DNA of 64,000 bases from Deltaproteobacteria bacterium (GTDB taxonomy: Bacteria; Desulfobacterota; GWC2-55-46; DRQE01), in contig JAJRSM010000048.1 of NCBI GenBank assembly GCA_024278765.1, positions 2,266-66,265 on the forward strand, in the 5' to 3' direction. Shown piece after piece: positions 30,511 through 40,470 of this stretch. The notes beneath the pieces were generated by a model, which saw only the letters and a program-made list of their open reading frames with translations, was not told where the DNA came from and made no database searches. The position numbers and the translations under genes are program-made. Every line of letters begins with the position of its first letter. The stretch's first letter is position 1.

Positions 30511-31710
30511 TTAAAAACGTTTAATCTGCGCCAAGTACCCCCTATAGTTTCTTTTTATCTCACTGATGGAGTCGCCACCGAACTTATCAAGAAAAAGTGC
30601 GGCAAGCTCAAAGGCCACCACAGCCTCTCCTATTACCGATGCCGCAGGCACTGCACAGACGTCACTTCTCTCCACGCTCGCCTCAAAACCTTTTTTTGTC
30701 TTCATATCAACGCTTAAAAGTGGCTTGTATAAAGTCGGTATCGGCTTCATGGCAGCACTCAATATAATAGGTTCGCCATTGCTCATCCCGCCCTCGATAC
30801 CGCCTGCATTATTTGTTTTCCGGTAGAACCTCTTCTTCGGCGGCCAGAACTCAGCATCTTTGCGAGACGCCGCACCATAGAAGATCTCATCATGGACGCG
30901 CGAGCCGGGGAGCTTACCGACCTCAGCCCCCATACCTACCTCTACCGACTTTATCGCCTGCACGCTCATAAGAGCCATCGCAAGTTTACCGTCCAGCTTT
31001 CGGTCCCACTGAACGTGACTACCAAGCCCCGGCGGCACCCCTGTGGCGACAACACGAAAGATCCCTCCCACACTATCGCCACGCTTTTTAAGCTGATCTA
31101 TCCTGCGCTTCATCCTTTCAGAGACCCCCTGATCAGGACATCTTACCTCTGAGCCCTCGGCCATACCATGCAGCATCTCAGGACTTCCCGTGCCTTCACT
31201 ATAACCAACCCCGCCGATCTCAAAGACCCAACTAAGGACATTTATACCAAACTCGGATAAGAGCCTCTTGGCAAGCCCGCCTACGGCGACCCTGACGGCT
31301 GTCTCTCTTGCGCTGGAACGCTCCAGAATATCTCTGGCATCGGCTCTGGCGTATTTAAGGACACCGGTTAGGTCGGCATGCCCGGGCCTTGGACGCGTAA
31401 CCTTCACCCCTGCTTCTTTCGGCGTAACACGCGCCTCACTCATCTTTTCATTCCAGTTCTCCCAGTCCCTGTTTGCAACTATAAGAGATACAGGTGAGCC
31501 AAGTGTCTGCCCGTGCCTGATACCAGAGTTCAAGAGAACCCTGTCCTTCTCTATCGCCATCCTACCGCCGCGCCCGTAACCGCATTGACGACGCGCAAGA
31601 TCCTTATCAATATCAGAGGCCTCAATATTAAGCCCCGATGGCATCCCCTCAACAATTGCCACAAGTGAACGTCCGTGCGACTCACCTGCTGTAAGATATC
31701 TCAACATTTT
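30511..31710 (-). CDS. aroC: Chorismate synthase
   Basis: MLRYLTAGESHG... is the canonical AroC N-terminus. The track's upstream extension to 31770 runs through the pilQ terminator, so the start was trimmed to the M at about 31710. Confidence 0.95.
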   Translation of the reverse strand, partial: KMLRYLTAGESHGRSLVAIVEGMPSGLNIEASDIDKDLARRQCGYGRGGRMAIEKDRVLLNSGIRHGQTLGSPVSLIVANRDWENWNEKMSEARVTPKEAGVKVTRPRPGHADLTGVLKYARADARDILERSSARETAVRVAVGGLAKRLLSEFGINVLSWVFEIGGVGYSEGTGSPEMLHGMAEGSEVRCPDQGVSERMKRRIDQLKKRGDSVGGIFRVVATGVPPGLGSHVQWDRKLDGKLAMALMSVQAIKSVEVGMGAEVGKLPGSRVHDEIFYGAASRKDAEFWPPKKRFYRKTNNAGGIEGGMSNGEPIILSAAMKPIPTLYKPLLSVDMKTKKGFEASVERSDVCAVPAASVIGEAVVAFELAALFLDKFGGDSISEIKRNYRGYLAQIKRF

Positions 31711-31755
31711 ACTATTCCTATTATTTGTTTTTTTGGTTATGCAAAGTATTGCAGT

Positions 31756-31790
31756 AAAAAAAAAGTGCACCCTTATAAAGGTGCACTTTT
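31756..31790 (-). terminator. Strong intrinsic terminator after pilQ, flanked by A/T runs on both sides
   Basis: AAGTGCACC (31763-31771) and GGTGCACTT (31780-31788) form a perfect 9-bp stem with an 8-nt loop. The minus strand has T9 after it; the plus strand has T4. Confidence 0.8.
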
Positions 31791-31807
31791 CTAGGTTTAT
31801 ATCTTAA

Positions 31808-34800
31808 TTATCCTTCCTCTCCACCACTTTCAAGTATCGTAGGCGTAATAAATATCAAGAGCTCTGTCTGCGAGTCAGAGATAGATTTCGCCTTAAAGAG
31901 CCATCCCAGGAATGGAATCTCTTTCAAGTACGGTATGCCTCTCTCACTACTGTTCGTATCCGATACTATGATACCACCCATAACAGTTGTCTCGCCATTT
32001 CTAACCAAGACATGTGTTGATGCCTCTTTCGTATTAATACTCGGCTCTCCAATGGAATTTCTAAAACTACCTATCGAGTTACGAGTCGCCTTTATAGCCA
32101 TCAGCACACTGCCATCCGGAGTTATCTGCGGCGTTACGGTCAAACTCAGGTTAGCATCAATAAAGGTCGTTGCCGTACCCTCTACAGTAGCGGTCTCAAA
32201 CGGTATGGACTCACCCTGCTCAATCTTCGCTTCTTTATTATTCATCGTGATAATACGCGGCCTTGATATAGTCTTTACCAGGCCTTGCTGCTCACCAGCC
32301 GAGATACGCAGATCCAGTATCATCGGATTGGCACCGGTCTTACCGAGTATAAAGCCAAGAGCTCCGAGTGTACCCGCAGTACCCGTAGCAGGCAGGTTAA
32401 CCGCGTAGTTGGTAACACCGGCCTGTGCCAAAAACCCCTTCTTATCCACATTAACCGCGCCACCACTAACAATTGTCCCGGTTTGCTGAGACGGATTCGC
32501 CGCCCACTGACCAAACTTCTCATCCACACTACCAAAGCTTGAGGTAGTCATCTGGTTGCCAACGCTCTGAATATCAACACCCCATTGCACTCCAAGGTCA
32601 CGAGCAAAACTAGAGGTAGCCTCTACGATACGAGCCTCGATAAGTACCTGCGCGATAGGAATATCAACCTTCTTTATATAGCTCTTTACATCCTCAATTG
32701 CTATTGATATATCCCTGACAACTATGGTATTGGTTGGCTTGTGTACTATAATTGATCCCCTGTCGCTCAAGAGAGTCTCAAGTTGGACGCTCAGCGAAGC
32801 AGCTTTATCATAGTTAATCCTTATGTATTCTGTCTTGACATCCTCCAGTTTAGTAGCCGCCTTCTTGGCAGCAAGTGCACCCTCACGCTCTTCTCTAATC
32901 CTGGCTGCCGGGGCCACACGCACGACATTGCCCTCCTGAATACTGCCAAGCCCCCTGGTCTTCAATATAAGATCAAAGGCCTGATCCCAAGGGACATTTT
33001 TCAACCTAAGTGTTATCTTACCGGCCACCTCGCCGGAAGCGATTATATTAAGGTCACTCACCTCGGCAAGAAGCTTGAGCATATCTGTCACCTCAGCATC
33101 GACCATATCGATATTAATCTTACGTCCGGTGTACCTTAAATCACTTGTCTCTTCTTTAGTATCTATATCAAAATCATCTTCTTCTTCACTAAAGGCAATC
33201 TCTTCATCTAAACCCTCAATATCGCTCTCGGCATTAGCCCTGTCATCCTCAACCCAAGTCATAAGAGGAAAGTCCATATTTATGACATTACCACTGCGAC
33301 TGATATCATAAGAAACCCGCGCATTAAGTTTAACCACAACCCTGACATTACCAACAGGGTCGGTATGGGCCTGATAAGAACTTATCGTTACAACCGGTGA
33401 ATCAAGAGCCCCGGCATCAAGCGTACTCTGAAGATTATCCGGAATAAAGGCGTTAAATATATCAAGACTCAAGACCTTACCGTCCTTACTCTCCTTTACT
33501 CTGAACTTTGCAACATCAGAATTGGTTATGGCAAGCCTTGCAACATCCCCCATGAGTCTGAACTCTACATTCTCTACATCGACAGAATCTTTGCGAACAA
33601 TGACATTTAAATCTTGATCAACAGAGGCTTTCTGGCCCAGAGTAGTCGCAGCTGCCGGGATGGCCTTAGATGCCGGGACGGTCTTAGATGACTGCGCCGA
33701 CTCTTGTGCTTCCTCTTCGCCAGCCTCGATCTCAGCGAGCTCTAGATCTTCCTGACCTTCAAAGTCATCGGGTAAAACTTCTGGGGGTAAAACTTCTGAC
33801 AAAAGATCGGACTCGGGCTCGGTGCTTGCCTCTACCACCTCGGAGGCAGGGGCAAGTGGAGCGGACTCAACAATCTCAACGACCTCTTCTGTCGGAACAA
33901 CCGCTACCTGTGCTGCTGGCGCAGTAGGAAGCTCTACTGGCTCGCCTCCAGCCTCTTTCATAGCCTGATCCTCTTCACCTGCTTCTTCAGCAACCTCAGC
34001 CGCCTCTTCTATTGGAAGATTCCACGGATTGCTATCTTCAGTAGTAGCTTTCTCTAGGCCGGCAATAACAAAACTATCTTCTTGCGGCTCACTGAGGGGC
34101 TTACTACTAAGGGTAACTACCAGCGAATCGCCGTCTTTTCTAACGCTGTAATAAGGAACTTCGACCCCTGAAGAATCAAAGACAAACCGTACCTTATCGT
34201 CATGGGTACCAAGGCGCACCCTCTCTAATATTTCAGAATCTACTTTTACGGTATCATCATAAAGAGAACTATCTATTCCCCATATATCAACAACCACACG
34301 CGTGGGGTCATCAAGGGCGAAGGCGTTGTAATTACCCACCTCGCCATCGGTAATAATGCGGACAACGGTCTTTTCATCGTCACTGGCAAGCTTAAGATCC
34401 ACAACCGTAGTGGCGGGCTGCATCAAAACCACTTGCGCCTCGTCATATTCAGAGTCCAAGTCCTCACCATCAAGCATGGAAAAACCATCTATTATCTCCT
34501 GCTCACCCTCACTCTCAAGATCCCACGGACCAAGCCCTGAGTCTTCTAGCGCAGCAGAGTCAGCTCCTTTAGTGTCTTCAGCAATACCACTGAGTACAAT
34601 AAGAAGACTATCCTCTCCGGCCTTTACCTCATAATCTACACCCTCATGCAACCCTACCTCGATACGTCCAATAAGGTCCTCGCCATCACCATAAAACGAA
34701 GTGGTTATGTTTGTAATATAATCATTATTAACATCTATAGGACTTTGTACCTTATCTATACTAACGGAAGGAAGATCAATAATTACCCTGGAAGGTCCGG

Positions 34801-35038
34801 CCAGCCTAAAAGAAGTGTATTTAAAAGGACCATCTGCCTCTATAAGCACAGCGTCGCCCATCCTGACGACACTGATAAGCTCAACAGAACTCATTGCCTC
34901 ACCAGCGATACCGTCAGGCGATACAAGCTCTGAGTCAGGCTTTGTCTTATTGGCCGTACACCCGACAGTAAGCAGGAAGGCTATGGCAAAGACCCAAAGA
35001 AAACAGGCAACCCTCTTTTTTATCTTAACAATCCTCAT
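31808..35038 (-). CDS. pilQ: Type IV pilus secretin PilQ with tandem AMIN domains and an acidic linker
   Basis: 1076 aa. Lipoprotein-like signal. Three AMIN-like beta domains, an acidic disordered stretch of about 150 aa, an N0 domain, and a C-terminal secretin (IPYLKEIPFLGWLFK...LLIFITPTIL). Confidence 0.93.
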   Translation of the reverse strand: MRIVKIKKRVACFLWVFAIAFLLTVGCTANKTKPDSELVSPDGIAGEAMSSVELISVVRMGDAVLIEADGPFKYTSFRLAGPSRVIIDLPSVSIDKVQSPIDVNNDYITNITTSFYGDGEDLIGRIEVGLHEGVDYEVKAGEDSLLIVLSGIAEDTKGADSAALEDSGLGPWDLESEGEQEIIDGFSMLDGEDLDSEYDEAQVVLMQPATTVVDLKLASDDEKTVVRIITDGEVGNYNAFALDDPTRVVVDIWGIDSSLYDDTVKVDSEILERVRLGTHDDKVRFVFDSSGVEVPYYSVRKDGDSLVVTLSSKPLSEPQEDSFVIAGLEKATTEDSNPWNLPIEEAAEVAEEAGEEDQAMKEAGGEPVELPTAPAAQVAVVPTEEVVEIVESAPLAPASEVVEASTEPESDLLSEVLPPEVLPDDFEGQEDLELAEIEAGEEEAQESAQSSKTVPASKAIPAAATTLGQKASVDQDLNVIVRKDSVDVENVEFRLMGDVARLAITNSDVAKFRVKESKDGKVLSLDIFNAFIPDNLQSTLDAGALDSPVVTISSYQAHTDPVGNVRVVVKLNARVSYDISRSGNVINMDFPLMTWVEDDRANAESDIEGLDEEIAFSEEEDDFDIDTKEETSDLRYTGRKINIDMVDAEVTDMLKLLAEVSDLNIIASGEVAGKITLRLKNVPWDQAFDLILKTRGLGSIQEGNVVRVAPAARIREEREGALAAKKAATKLEDVKTEYIRINYDKAASLSVQLETLLSDRGSIIVHKPTNTIVVRDISIAIEDVKSYIKKVDIPIAQVLIEARIVEATSSFARDLGVQWGVDIQSVGNQMTTSSFGSVDEKFGQWAANPSQQTGTIVSGGAVNVDKKGFLAQAGVTNYAVNLPATGTAGTLGALGFILGKTGANPMILDLRISAGEQQGLVKTISRPRIITMNNKEAKIEQGESIPFETATVEGTATTFIDANLSLTVTPQITPDGSVLMAIKATRNSIGSFRNSIGEPSINTKEASTHVLVRNGETTVMGGIIVSDTNSSERGIPYLKEIPFLGWLFKAKSISDSQTELLIFITPTILESGGEEG

Positions 35039-35139
35039 TACTACCTCCGTATGCTTAACCCTATAAAACCCGTAGAGACCAACCTAGAATCAGATCACAT
35101 CACTTATAATACCGGTTCACTGAGACCTGACTCAGCTCG

Positions 35140-35655
35140 TTAGTCCTTTTTCGTACCTGCACTGGGCAGACGAAGCTCCACCCTTGTCCTAATCATCTTG
35201 CCGCTCTTCTCGTCCTTAACAAGCTCATCGACTATAAGACCCTTTGGAGTAATAGCATAGACCCGGCCCTCTCTAGAGCCTATAAGGTCTCCCTTCCCAA
35301 CATCATATCTCTTGCCATCAGGGCTGACAATACGTACTCTGGAATCCTCGATCCCACTGATTATAGCCATAATCCTGAAGACCTGGAGATCACAACACTC
35401 AAGAGCAGTCCTTACCCTTCCTTCGCCAACCACCTCTTCCAAGGCCAGATAACTCTTAAATGGGTTACGATTCAAGGCAATAGATGAGTCGACTATTACC
35501 TTGCCGGGGTTTTTATCAACTACCTCAATGGTCTTTTCAGGAATTGCAGTCCTTTTAAGCTGCACATCTTCTTCTTGCTCACCACCGCATGCGGCTAAAA
35601 GCACAACAACAAAGAAAAAGGCCATATATATATAAGCTCTTTTCTTCATCTTCAC
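35140..35655 (-). CDS. pilP: Type IV pilus assembly lipoprotein PilP
   Basis: Lipobox LLAAC|GG. 171 aa. Located between pilO and pilQ. Confidence 0.8.
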   Translation of the reverse strand: MKMKKRAYIYMAFFFVVVLLAACGGEQEEDVQLKRTAIPEKTIEVVDKNPGKVIVDSSIALNRNPFKSYLALEEVVGEGRVRTALECCDLQVFRIMAIISGIEDSRVRIVSPDGKRYDVGKGDLIGSREGRVYAITPKGLIVDELVKDEKSGKMIRTRVELRLPSAGTKKD

Positions 35656-36290
35656 CTCTTACCCCGCGCCTTGGCAGCATTTGCCTTCTGCTCTGCCTCA
35701 GGTATAAATCTAAAGGTTGTGGCAACAAAGGTAGCTTTAATTATAGGAATGTTATTATATGTCTTTCCCGAGTCGCTGACCTTCACGCTTATGCCCTCGA
35801 CATTAACTATCCTCGACAGCTCGCTAACCTTCTTGCAAAAGTTATAGATACTCTCATACGTACCCTCGACATTCATATCCACCGGAACCTCTGCGTAAAA
35901 ACCTCTAGGCACATCAGGGCGCGGCCTAAAGAGCAGAATCTTTAACCCGGCGTCCTTGCCAGCATTACTTATACTCTCAATAAGGTTCGGTATCTCTTTA
36001 TCATTAGGCAACTGAGAGAGTGCCTGCTTAAGCTTTATCTCAAGCTCTTCCTTCTCTCTCTGAAACCTTGGGATATCTTTGGCAATAAACCTGTTTTCCT
36101 CTAACTTTATAGATATAGCAACAGACTCGACACTGAGCTTGGTCATCTCCTTAAGCATTGGCTTAACCATGAATTGACCAAAAAAGGCCGCAATAATCGC
36201 ACTTATACCGACCAGTATCAGCACCTTCTTTATAAACGAAAGTTTTAAGATAAAATCAAGCTTTAAAATTTTTTTAACGTCAAGGTCCAT
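35652..36290 (-). CDS. pilO: Type IV pilus assembly protein PilO
   Basis: Single transmembrane helix plus coiled coil. Position in the pilMNOPQ operon. Confidence 0.8.
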   Translation of the reverse strand: MDLDVKKILKLDFILKLSFIKKVLILVGISAIIAAFFGQFMVKPMLKEMTKLSVESVAISIKLEENRFIAKDIPRFQREKEELEIKLKQALSQLPNDKEIPNLIESISNAGKDAGLKILLFRPRPDVPRGFYAEVPVDMNVEGTYESIYNFCKKVSELSRIVNVEGISVKVSDSGKTYNNIPIIKATFVATTFRFIPEAEQKANAAKARGKR

Positions 36291-36293
36291 CGT

Positions 36294-36839
36294 CTAGTCC
36301 AGTTTAAATACCTGTATTGTAAAGTTCACAAAGCTTCTCCCTGCAATCTGCCCCTCGGTAGTCTTTGCAACGACCAGGTCCACCCGAGTAAAGTCCTTAA
36401 AGGCCTGAAGTGCCCGCATAAAAGCCGCAACATCTTCCTCAGCAGCCGCTACTCCGACAAGAGTAATTATCCTGCCCTGATCCCGCATTGTACTTAACCA
36501 GGCCCTCTCGGGAATAGCAGATGATATCTTGGCAAAGAGCAGGGTTGGCCCCTTACGTGCGCCCTCAAGACGGCTGACAACATCAAGCTTACTCTGCACG
36601 ATACGCTTCTGTTCCTTTATCTTCGAAAGCTTGCCGACCTTTCTCTTTAGCTGGACAAGTTCCATCTGGGAAGCTGCAAGGTCTTCCTTCATCATAGATA
36701 TGTCACTGCTAAGTTTAAGGGTAACGACTATGGATATGGATAAAACCAGAAATATAATCAGTGCGCCGACCGTAACCTGAAACCTTAAAGACTCCTTTTT
36801 TTTCGCAGCCCTGACGGGCAGAAGATTTATGCGTATCAT
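36294..36839 (-). CDS. pilN: Type IV pilus assembly protein PilN
   Basis: MIRINLLP N-terminal motif and one transmembrane helix. Position in the operon. Confidence 0.85.
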   Translation of the reverse strand: MIRINLLPVRAAKKKESLRFQVTVGALIIFLVLSISIVVTLKLSSDISMMKEDLAASQMELVQLKRKVGKLSKIKEQKRIVQSKLDVVSRLEGARKGPTLLFAKISSAIPERAWLSTMRDQGRIITLVGVAAAEEDVAAFMRALQAFKDFTRVDLVVAKTTEGQIAGRSFVNFTIQVFKLD

Positions 36840-37900
36840 CTATCCCCCATGGCTCTGGTGGCAAGTCCCACGGCGACCCCAAAGTACGGGGCCATCTCTT
36901 CTATAAAGCCAGGCTCAAAGTCCTGAGAATTACAAGATATATCATTTAACGGGTTGGCGACCTCAACAGCCAAAGCCATGCTTTCCTGCATAATATCTAC
37001 AAGCCTTGAGGTTCTGGCCCCTCCACCACAGAGAAAAATCTTACTTACGATCACCCCTGGGTTTGCACCAAGGAAGAAGTCAATCGAACGCTTCACCTCC
37101 ATACTGAGGTTACTAGAGACGCCATCTATAACCTGAGCAAGCTCATCTTCCTCTACGCTCTCGCTAACGCTGCCAAGTTTTGTATCTTCAGCCTCTTTAA
37201 AACTTATATTAAAGTTCCTCTGTATCTCCTCGGTATACTGATTACAGCCCATCGGGATCGAGCGTGTAAAAGAGGTTACCCCGCCCACTATAACGCTTAT
37301 GCTCGTTACACTTGCGCCGACATTTACCATGGCTATATTCTCGCCCGGAGCAAAGGTGTAGTTGACCTCCAGCATATTTTCCAGAGCAAAAGAATCCACA
37401 TCCATGACAACAGGGTTAAGTCTCGCTTCTTTTATGACATTTATATAGTCATTGATGACCTCTTTTTTCACGGCAACCAGCATAACATCCATCTGGCCTC
37501 TACCTTCGACGTCTTCACCCAGGATCTGAAAATCAATATTAACGTCTGTCATGGGAAAGGGTATATACTGCTCGGCCTCCCACTGTATACTCTCGGCAAG
37601 CTCTTCTTCGGTCATGGCAGGAAGACTGACCCGCTTAATAATAACGGAATGCCCGGTAAGCGAGCTTACGGTATCTTTAATCTTAAGATTATTCTGCTTT
37701 AAAAGGTCTGTTATGGCATTGGTAACACTCATGGAATCTATTATAGAGCCATCAACAATGGCCTCAGGCGGAAGATAAGCAATGGCGAGCTTAACCAGCT
37801 CCCAGCCCTTCTTCGCCTGCTTTAGCTGGACAAGCTTGATTGAGTTAGAGCCGACATCCAGGGCTATAACCTCTTTTTTCTTACCTAAAGTAAATGCCAT
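36836..37900 (-). CDS. pilM: Type IV pilus assembly ATPase-fold protein PilM
   Basis: Actin-like fold, ALDVGSNSIKLV N-terminus. 354 aa. Confidence 0.9.
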   Translation of the reverse strand: MAFTLGKKKEVIALDVGSNSIKLVQLKQAKKGWELVKLAIAYLPPEAIVDGSIIDSMSVTNAITDLLKQNNLKIKDTVSSLTGHSVIIKRVSLPAMTEEELAESIQWEAEQYIPFPMTDVNIDFQILGEDVEGRGQMDVMLVAVKKEVINDYINVIKEARLNPVVMDVDSFALENMLEVNYTFAPGENIAMVNVGASVTSISVIVGGVTSFTRSIPMGCNQYTEEIQRNFNISFKEAEDTKLGSVSESVEEDELAQVIDGVSSNLSMEVKRSIDFFLGANPGVIVSKIFLCGGGARTSRLVDIMQESMALAVEVANPLNDISCNSQDFEPGFIEEMAPYFGVAVGLATRAMGDR

Positions 37901-37959
37901 TAGTGATACCCCTTACAAAAACCTTACTCTTAAAAAAAGACTCAGTGCGTAGAGATTAG

Positions 37960-38172
37960 TTAATAAAAGACCTTTTCCTTCTCACTAAGCTTAAGACCCA
38001 GGGCCTCAATTATCTTTCTCTTCGTATCAAGCCTACAGGCAAAGCCCTTCTCCACGCGATCAATAGTAAGAGGAGAGACCCCTGCCTTGCGGGCAAGCTC
38101 GGACTTAGAGAGGAGCATCTCCTCTCTAATACTTCTCAGGTTATTTTTATTGTTTGTACCCATAGTTAGCAT
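37960..38172 (-). CDS. XRE-family helix-turn-helix transcriptional regulator, 70 aa
   Basis: LSKSELARKAGVSPLTIDRVEKG is a classic Cro/C1 HTH. It sits 59 bp upstream of pilM. Confidence 0.8.
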   Translation of the reverse strand: MLTMGTNNKNNLRSIREEMLLSKSELARKAGVSPLTIDRVEKGFACRLDTKRKIIEALGLKLSEKEKVFY

Positions 38173-38652
38173 AACACCTTGCAGTATAAGTCAAATTACC
38201 GCAATCTCAACTGATTAGTAACTCTGCCACGAAGCCGCCCCAAAAAAAAAGATTAACTATTATAATAAAATCTACTTTCTAAGAACTATTTTGTTAAGTT
38301 TATTATAATTATGCATAATTGTATATAAATTATAATCGAAAGTGCAAAAAAAACGATATCTTCGCTACGCTGCTCCCCTTAAACAGGCAAAGCAGTTAAT
38401 TTGCGAAAGATAATCGCGAAAAACCTATAAAATCAGTTTAAGACAATGATTTATTCCTATTTTTTAACTTCGGCGAGGTTGGAGAAAACTTGAGTACAAT
38501 ATAGGATACTACCAGATGTATTCTATAACCATTTATTACGGTCGAGACAAACTCTTTTGAAGGCTCTCAAATATAACAGGTCTTCCGACTATAAAGAGTT
38601 CTTACAATAATACCGGCCCGTGCAAAGACCACGGCAATGAGCAACAACGTCA
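38173..38652 (-). promoter_or_regulatory. AT-rich 480-bp promoter region upstream of the XRE-pilMNOPQ operon
   Basis: Largest non-coding gap in the window and strongly AT-rich. No ORF or recognisable RNA gene. Confidence 0.4.
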
Positions 38653-39153
38653 TCACTCGATACGTATCATACCGACAGTCAAACTCACGGCCAGCTTATA
38701 GCGCAGATTATTATCCAGATCGTTTATACATATCGTATCGACAGCGGCATCTGCCGTGCCGTTAGGATTGAACTCTATATTCACATCCGCAGTACCGTTA
38801 CAGGCACTGCCTGTAGACCAATTCACAAACTGATTAATGTCTATCCACGGCTTCTCTTCTACCCAGACCGTACTGCCAAAAGGCACATTGCCCTTGGTCA
38901 ACCTGTACCGTCTGCCATCTATATCGAATTCAAGTCTGAACTCAAGATTATTATTGGCAGCCAACTGCCGGCCATACCTGCCCATACCGACAATATCCCA
39001 TGCAACCTCTTTACTCCTTATAGATTTGCGCCACTGCAGGAAGTTAGGAATGGCAATAGCCGTAATGATAGCCATAATAGATACCACTACCAACAGCTCA
39101 ACCAGTGTGAAGCCTGCACAGAGCCGTCTCATATGGTTTAAAGGACCCTTCAT
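38653..39153 (-). CDS. Type IV minor pilin, FimT/FimU (GspH-like)
   Basis: Prepilin leader ...MRRLCAG|FTLVELLVVVSIMAIITAIAIP has a class III signal with Glu at +5. 166 aa. It is the last gene of the minor-pilin operon. Confidence 0.8.
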   Translation of the reverse strand: MKGPLNHMRRLCAGFTLVELLVVVSIMAIITAIAIPNFLQWRKSIRSKEVAWDIVGMGRYGRQLAANNNLEFRLEFDIDGRRYRLTKGNVPFGSTVWVEEKPWIDINQFVNWSTGSACNGTADVNIEFNPNGTADAAVDTICINDLDNNLRYKLAVSLTVGMIRIE

Positions 39154-39166
39154 ACTCCTACTCTCC

Positions 39167-40093
39167 CTATATGCCTATATTTAACTCATAACGCTGGGTA
39201 TCAACTCCGCCGCGACCGTCATCTACCTCTATCTCCACGCTATGATTGCCTGCACTTCCTTTCCTTATCTCCCAGGTTATCATGCCGCCGCTATCGATCT
39301 CCATGCCTTCAGGGGCCTCAAGCAGCCTGAAACCGACGACGTCTCCATCCGGGTCCTCAACCTCGACCTGATAGAGATAACCCCACCCCTGAAACGCCTG
39401 CGGCGGCCTTGATATTATCTCAGGATGGGCATTGGCGACTACAAAAACAGGCGTAGTATAAGAATTGCCGACGGCCTCGTCGTCGCTTACCCTTACCCTT
39501 ACCGAGACGCTGTCCCCTCGCTCAAACTCCTTACCGCTTAAACGGCTAAAGATATTTAACAGAGACTCTTGCCCGTTGATTATCCACTGATAATCAAAAT
39601 GTAAAAAGTCCCCGTCTACATCCTCGCCTTCTGCGCTTGCACGGACCGATGTCCCCCTGCGCGGGGATTGCGGCAAAACAGTAACACTCTTTATCAAAGG
39701 AGGCGTATTACCTATTACAATTCCTAAACTGGCGCGCTCTGCGCCGGTGCTGACCGTCACAACAACCTCGTCGCCTTTTATAAAACCGGTACCTGCAAGC
39801 GTCGGTGAAAGAGCACCGGGGATTTCTTCACCGTTATGCTGCCACTCGTAACTAAGGCTGCGGGCCACGCCTTTTACTGTTACCTGAAGCTCCTGGCCGA
39901 CCCGTGGACTGTGAGGCAATATACGTAAAGAAATAGCAGAAGTGCCCGTGCCCCCTGAAGGGCCGGACGATCTATCCGCGTCCTTATTCTCCTCTTTATC
40001 TCCTGTGCAGCCAGCTGCAAAAACAATAAAACAAAGGAGCATCATAGAGATAATAAATGACCGCCCGGGGTGTTTTATCATGAAAAATCCCAC
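39167..40093 (-). CDS. Lipoprotein with three tandem Ig-like domains of about 80 aa, in the minor-pilin operon
   Basis: Lipobox FAAGC. Repeated Y-x-W-x-x-NG (YEWQHNGEE, YQWIINGQE, ITWEI) and VxVxV beta patterns. 13 bp separate it from the pilin start. Confidence 0.6.
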   Translation of the reverse strand: MGFFMIKHPGRSFIISMMLLCFIVFAAGCTGDKEENKDADRSSGPSGGTGTSAISLRILPHSPRVGQELQVTVKGVARSLSYEWQHNGEEIPGALSPTLAGTGFIKGDEVVVTVSTGAERASLGIVIGNTPPLIKSVTVLPQSPRRGTSVRASAEGEDVDGDFLHFDYQWIINGQESLLNIFSRLSGKEFERGDSVSVRVRVSDDEAVGNSYTTPVFVVANAHPEIISRPPQAFQGWGYLYQVEVEDPDGDVVGFRLLEAPEGMEIDSGGMITWEIRKGSAGNHSVEIEVDDGRGGVDTQRYELNIGI

Positions 40094-40104
40094 TCCTTAA
40101 CAGG

Positions 40105-40470
40105 TCAAGGTGTTTTCATGAAAGGATACTCCGACCTCTCATCAACTTTAATATAGTTCGGCAAGAGATAAATAGACTTCGCCTCGACATTACCGTAACT
40201 ATCTATCGGCCCTTCTACATAGACCCATTTATGCCCCTTGAGATCACCTTGGGGAAGCTCTTTTTCCGAGCTGCTAAAGACCTTCGTATCAGAAAAAACA
40301 AAGACCTTCACATGTTCATTTAGGGTAAAGCCCTCGACCGTCTCCATGGAAGCAACACCCTGAGCAAGATAATAGGGTTTATTATCTTCCGCAAAGGCCG
40401 CGCTAAAAGATGAGAGCAAAACCAAAAAGGCTATAAATCCAGCTATTTTTATCTTCTTATAAATTACCAT
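40105..40470 (-). CDS. Small secreted hypothetical protein, 121 aa, in the PilY2 position
   Basis: Signal peptide MVIYKKIKIAGFIAFLVLLSSFSAAFA. Lies between pilY1 and the lipoprotein, overlapping the pilY1 stop. Confidence 0.55.
   Translation of the reverse strand: MVIYKKIKIAGFIAFLVLLSSFSAAFAEDNKPYYLAQGVASMETVEGFTLNEHVKVFVFSDTKVFSSSEKELPQGDLKGHKWVYVEGPIDSYGNVEAKSIYLLPNYIKVDERSEYPFMKTP

Noticed and set aside
38173-38652. A small RNA gene or sigma-54 promoter in the 480-bp AT-rich gap upstream of the XRE-pilM operon
   Set aside because: No TGGCAC-N5-TTGC match on either strand and no convincing conserved hairpin or terminator structure. It is left as a generic promoter region.
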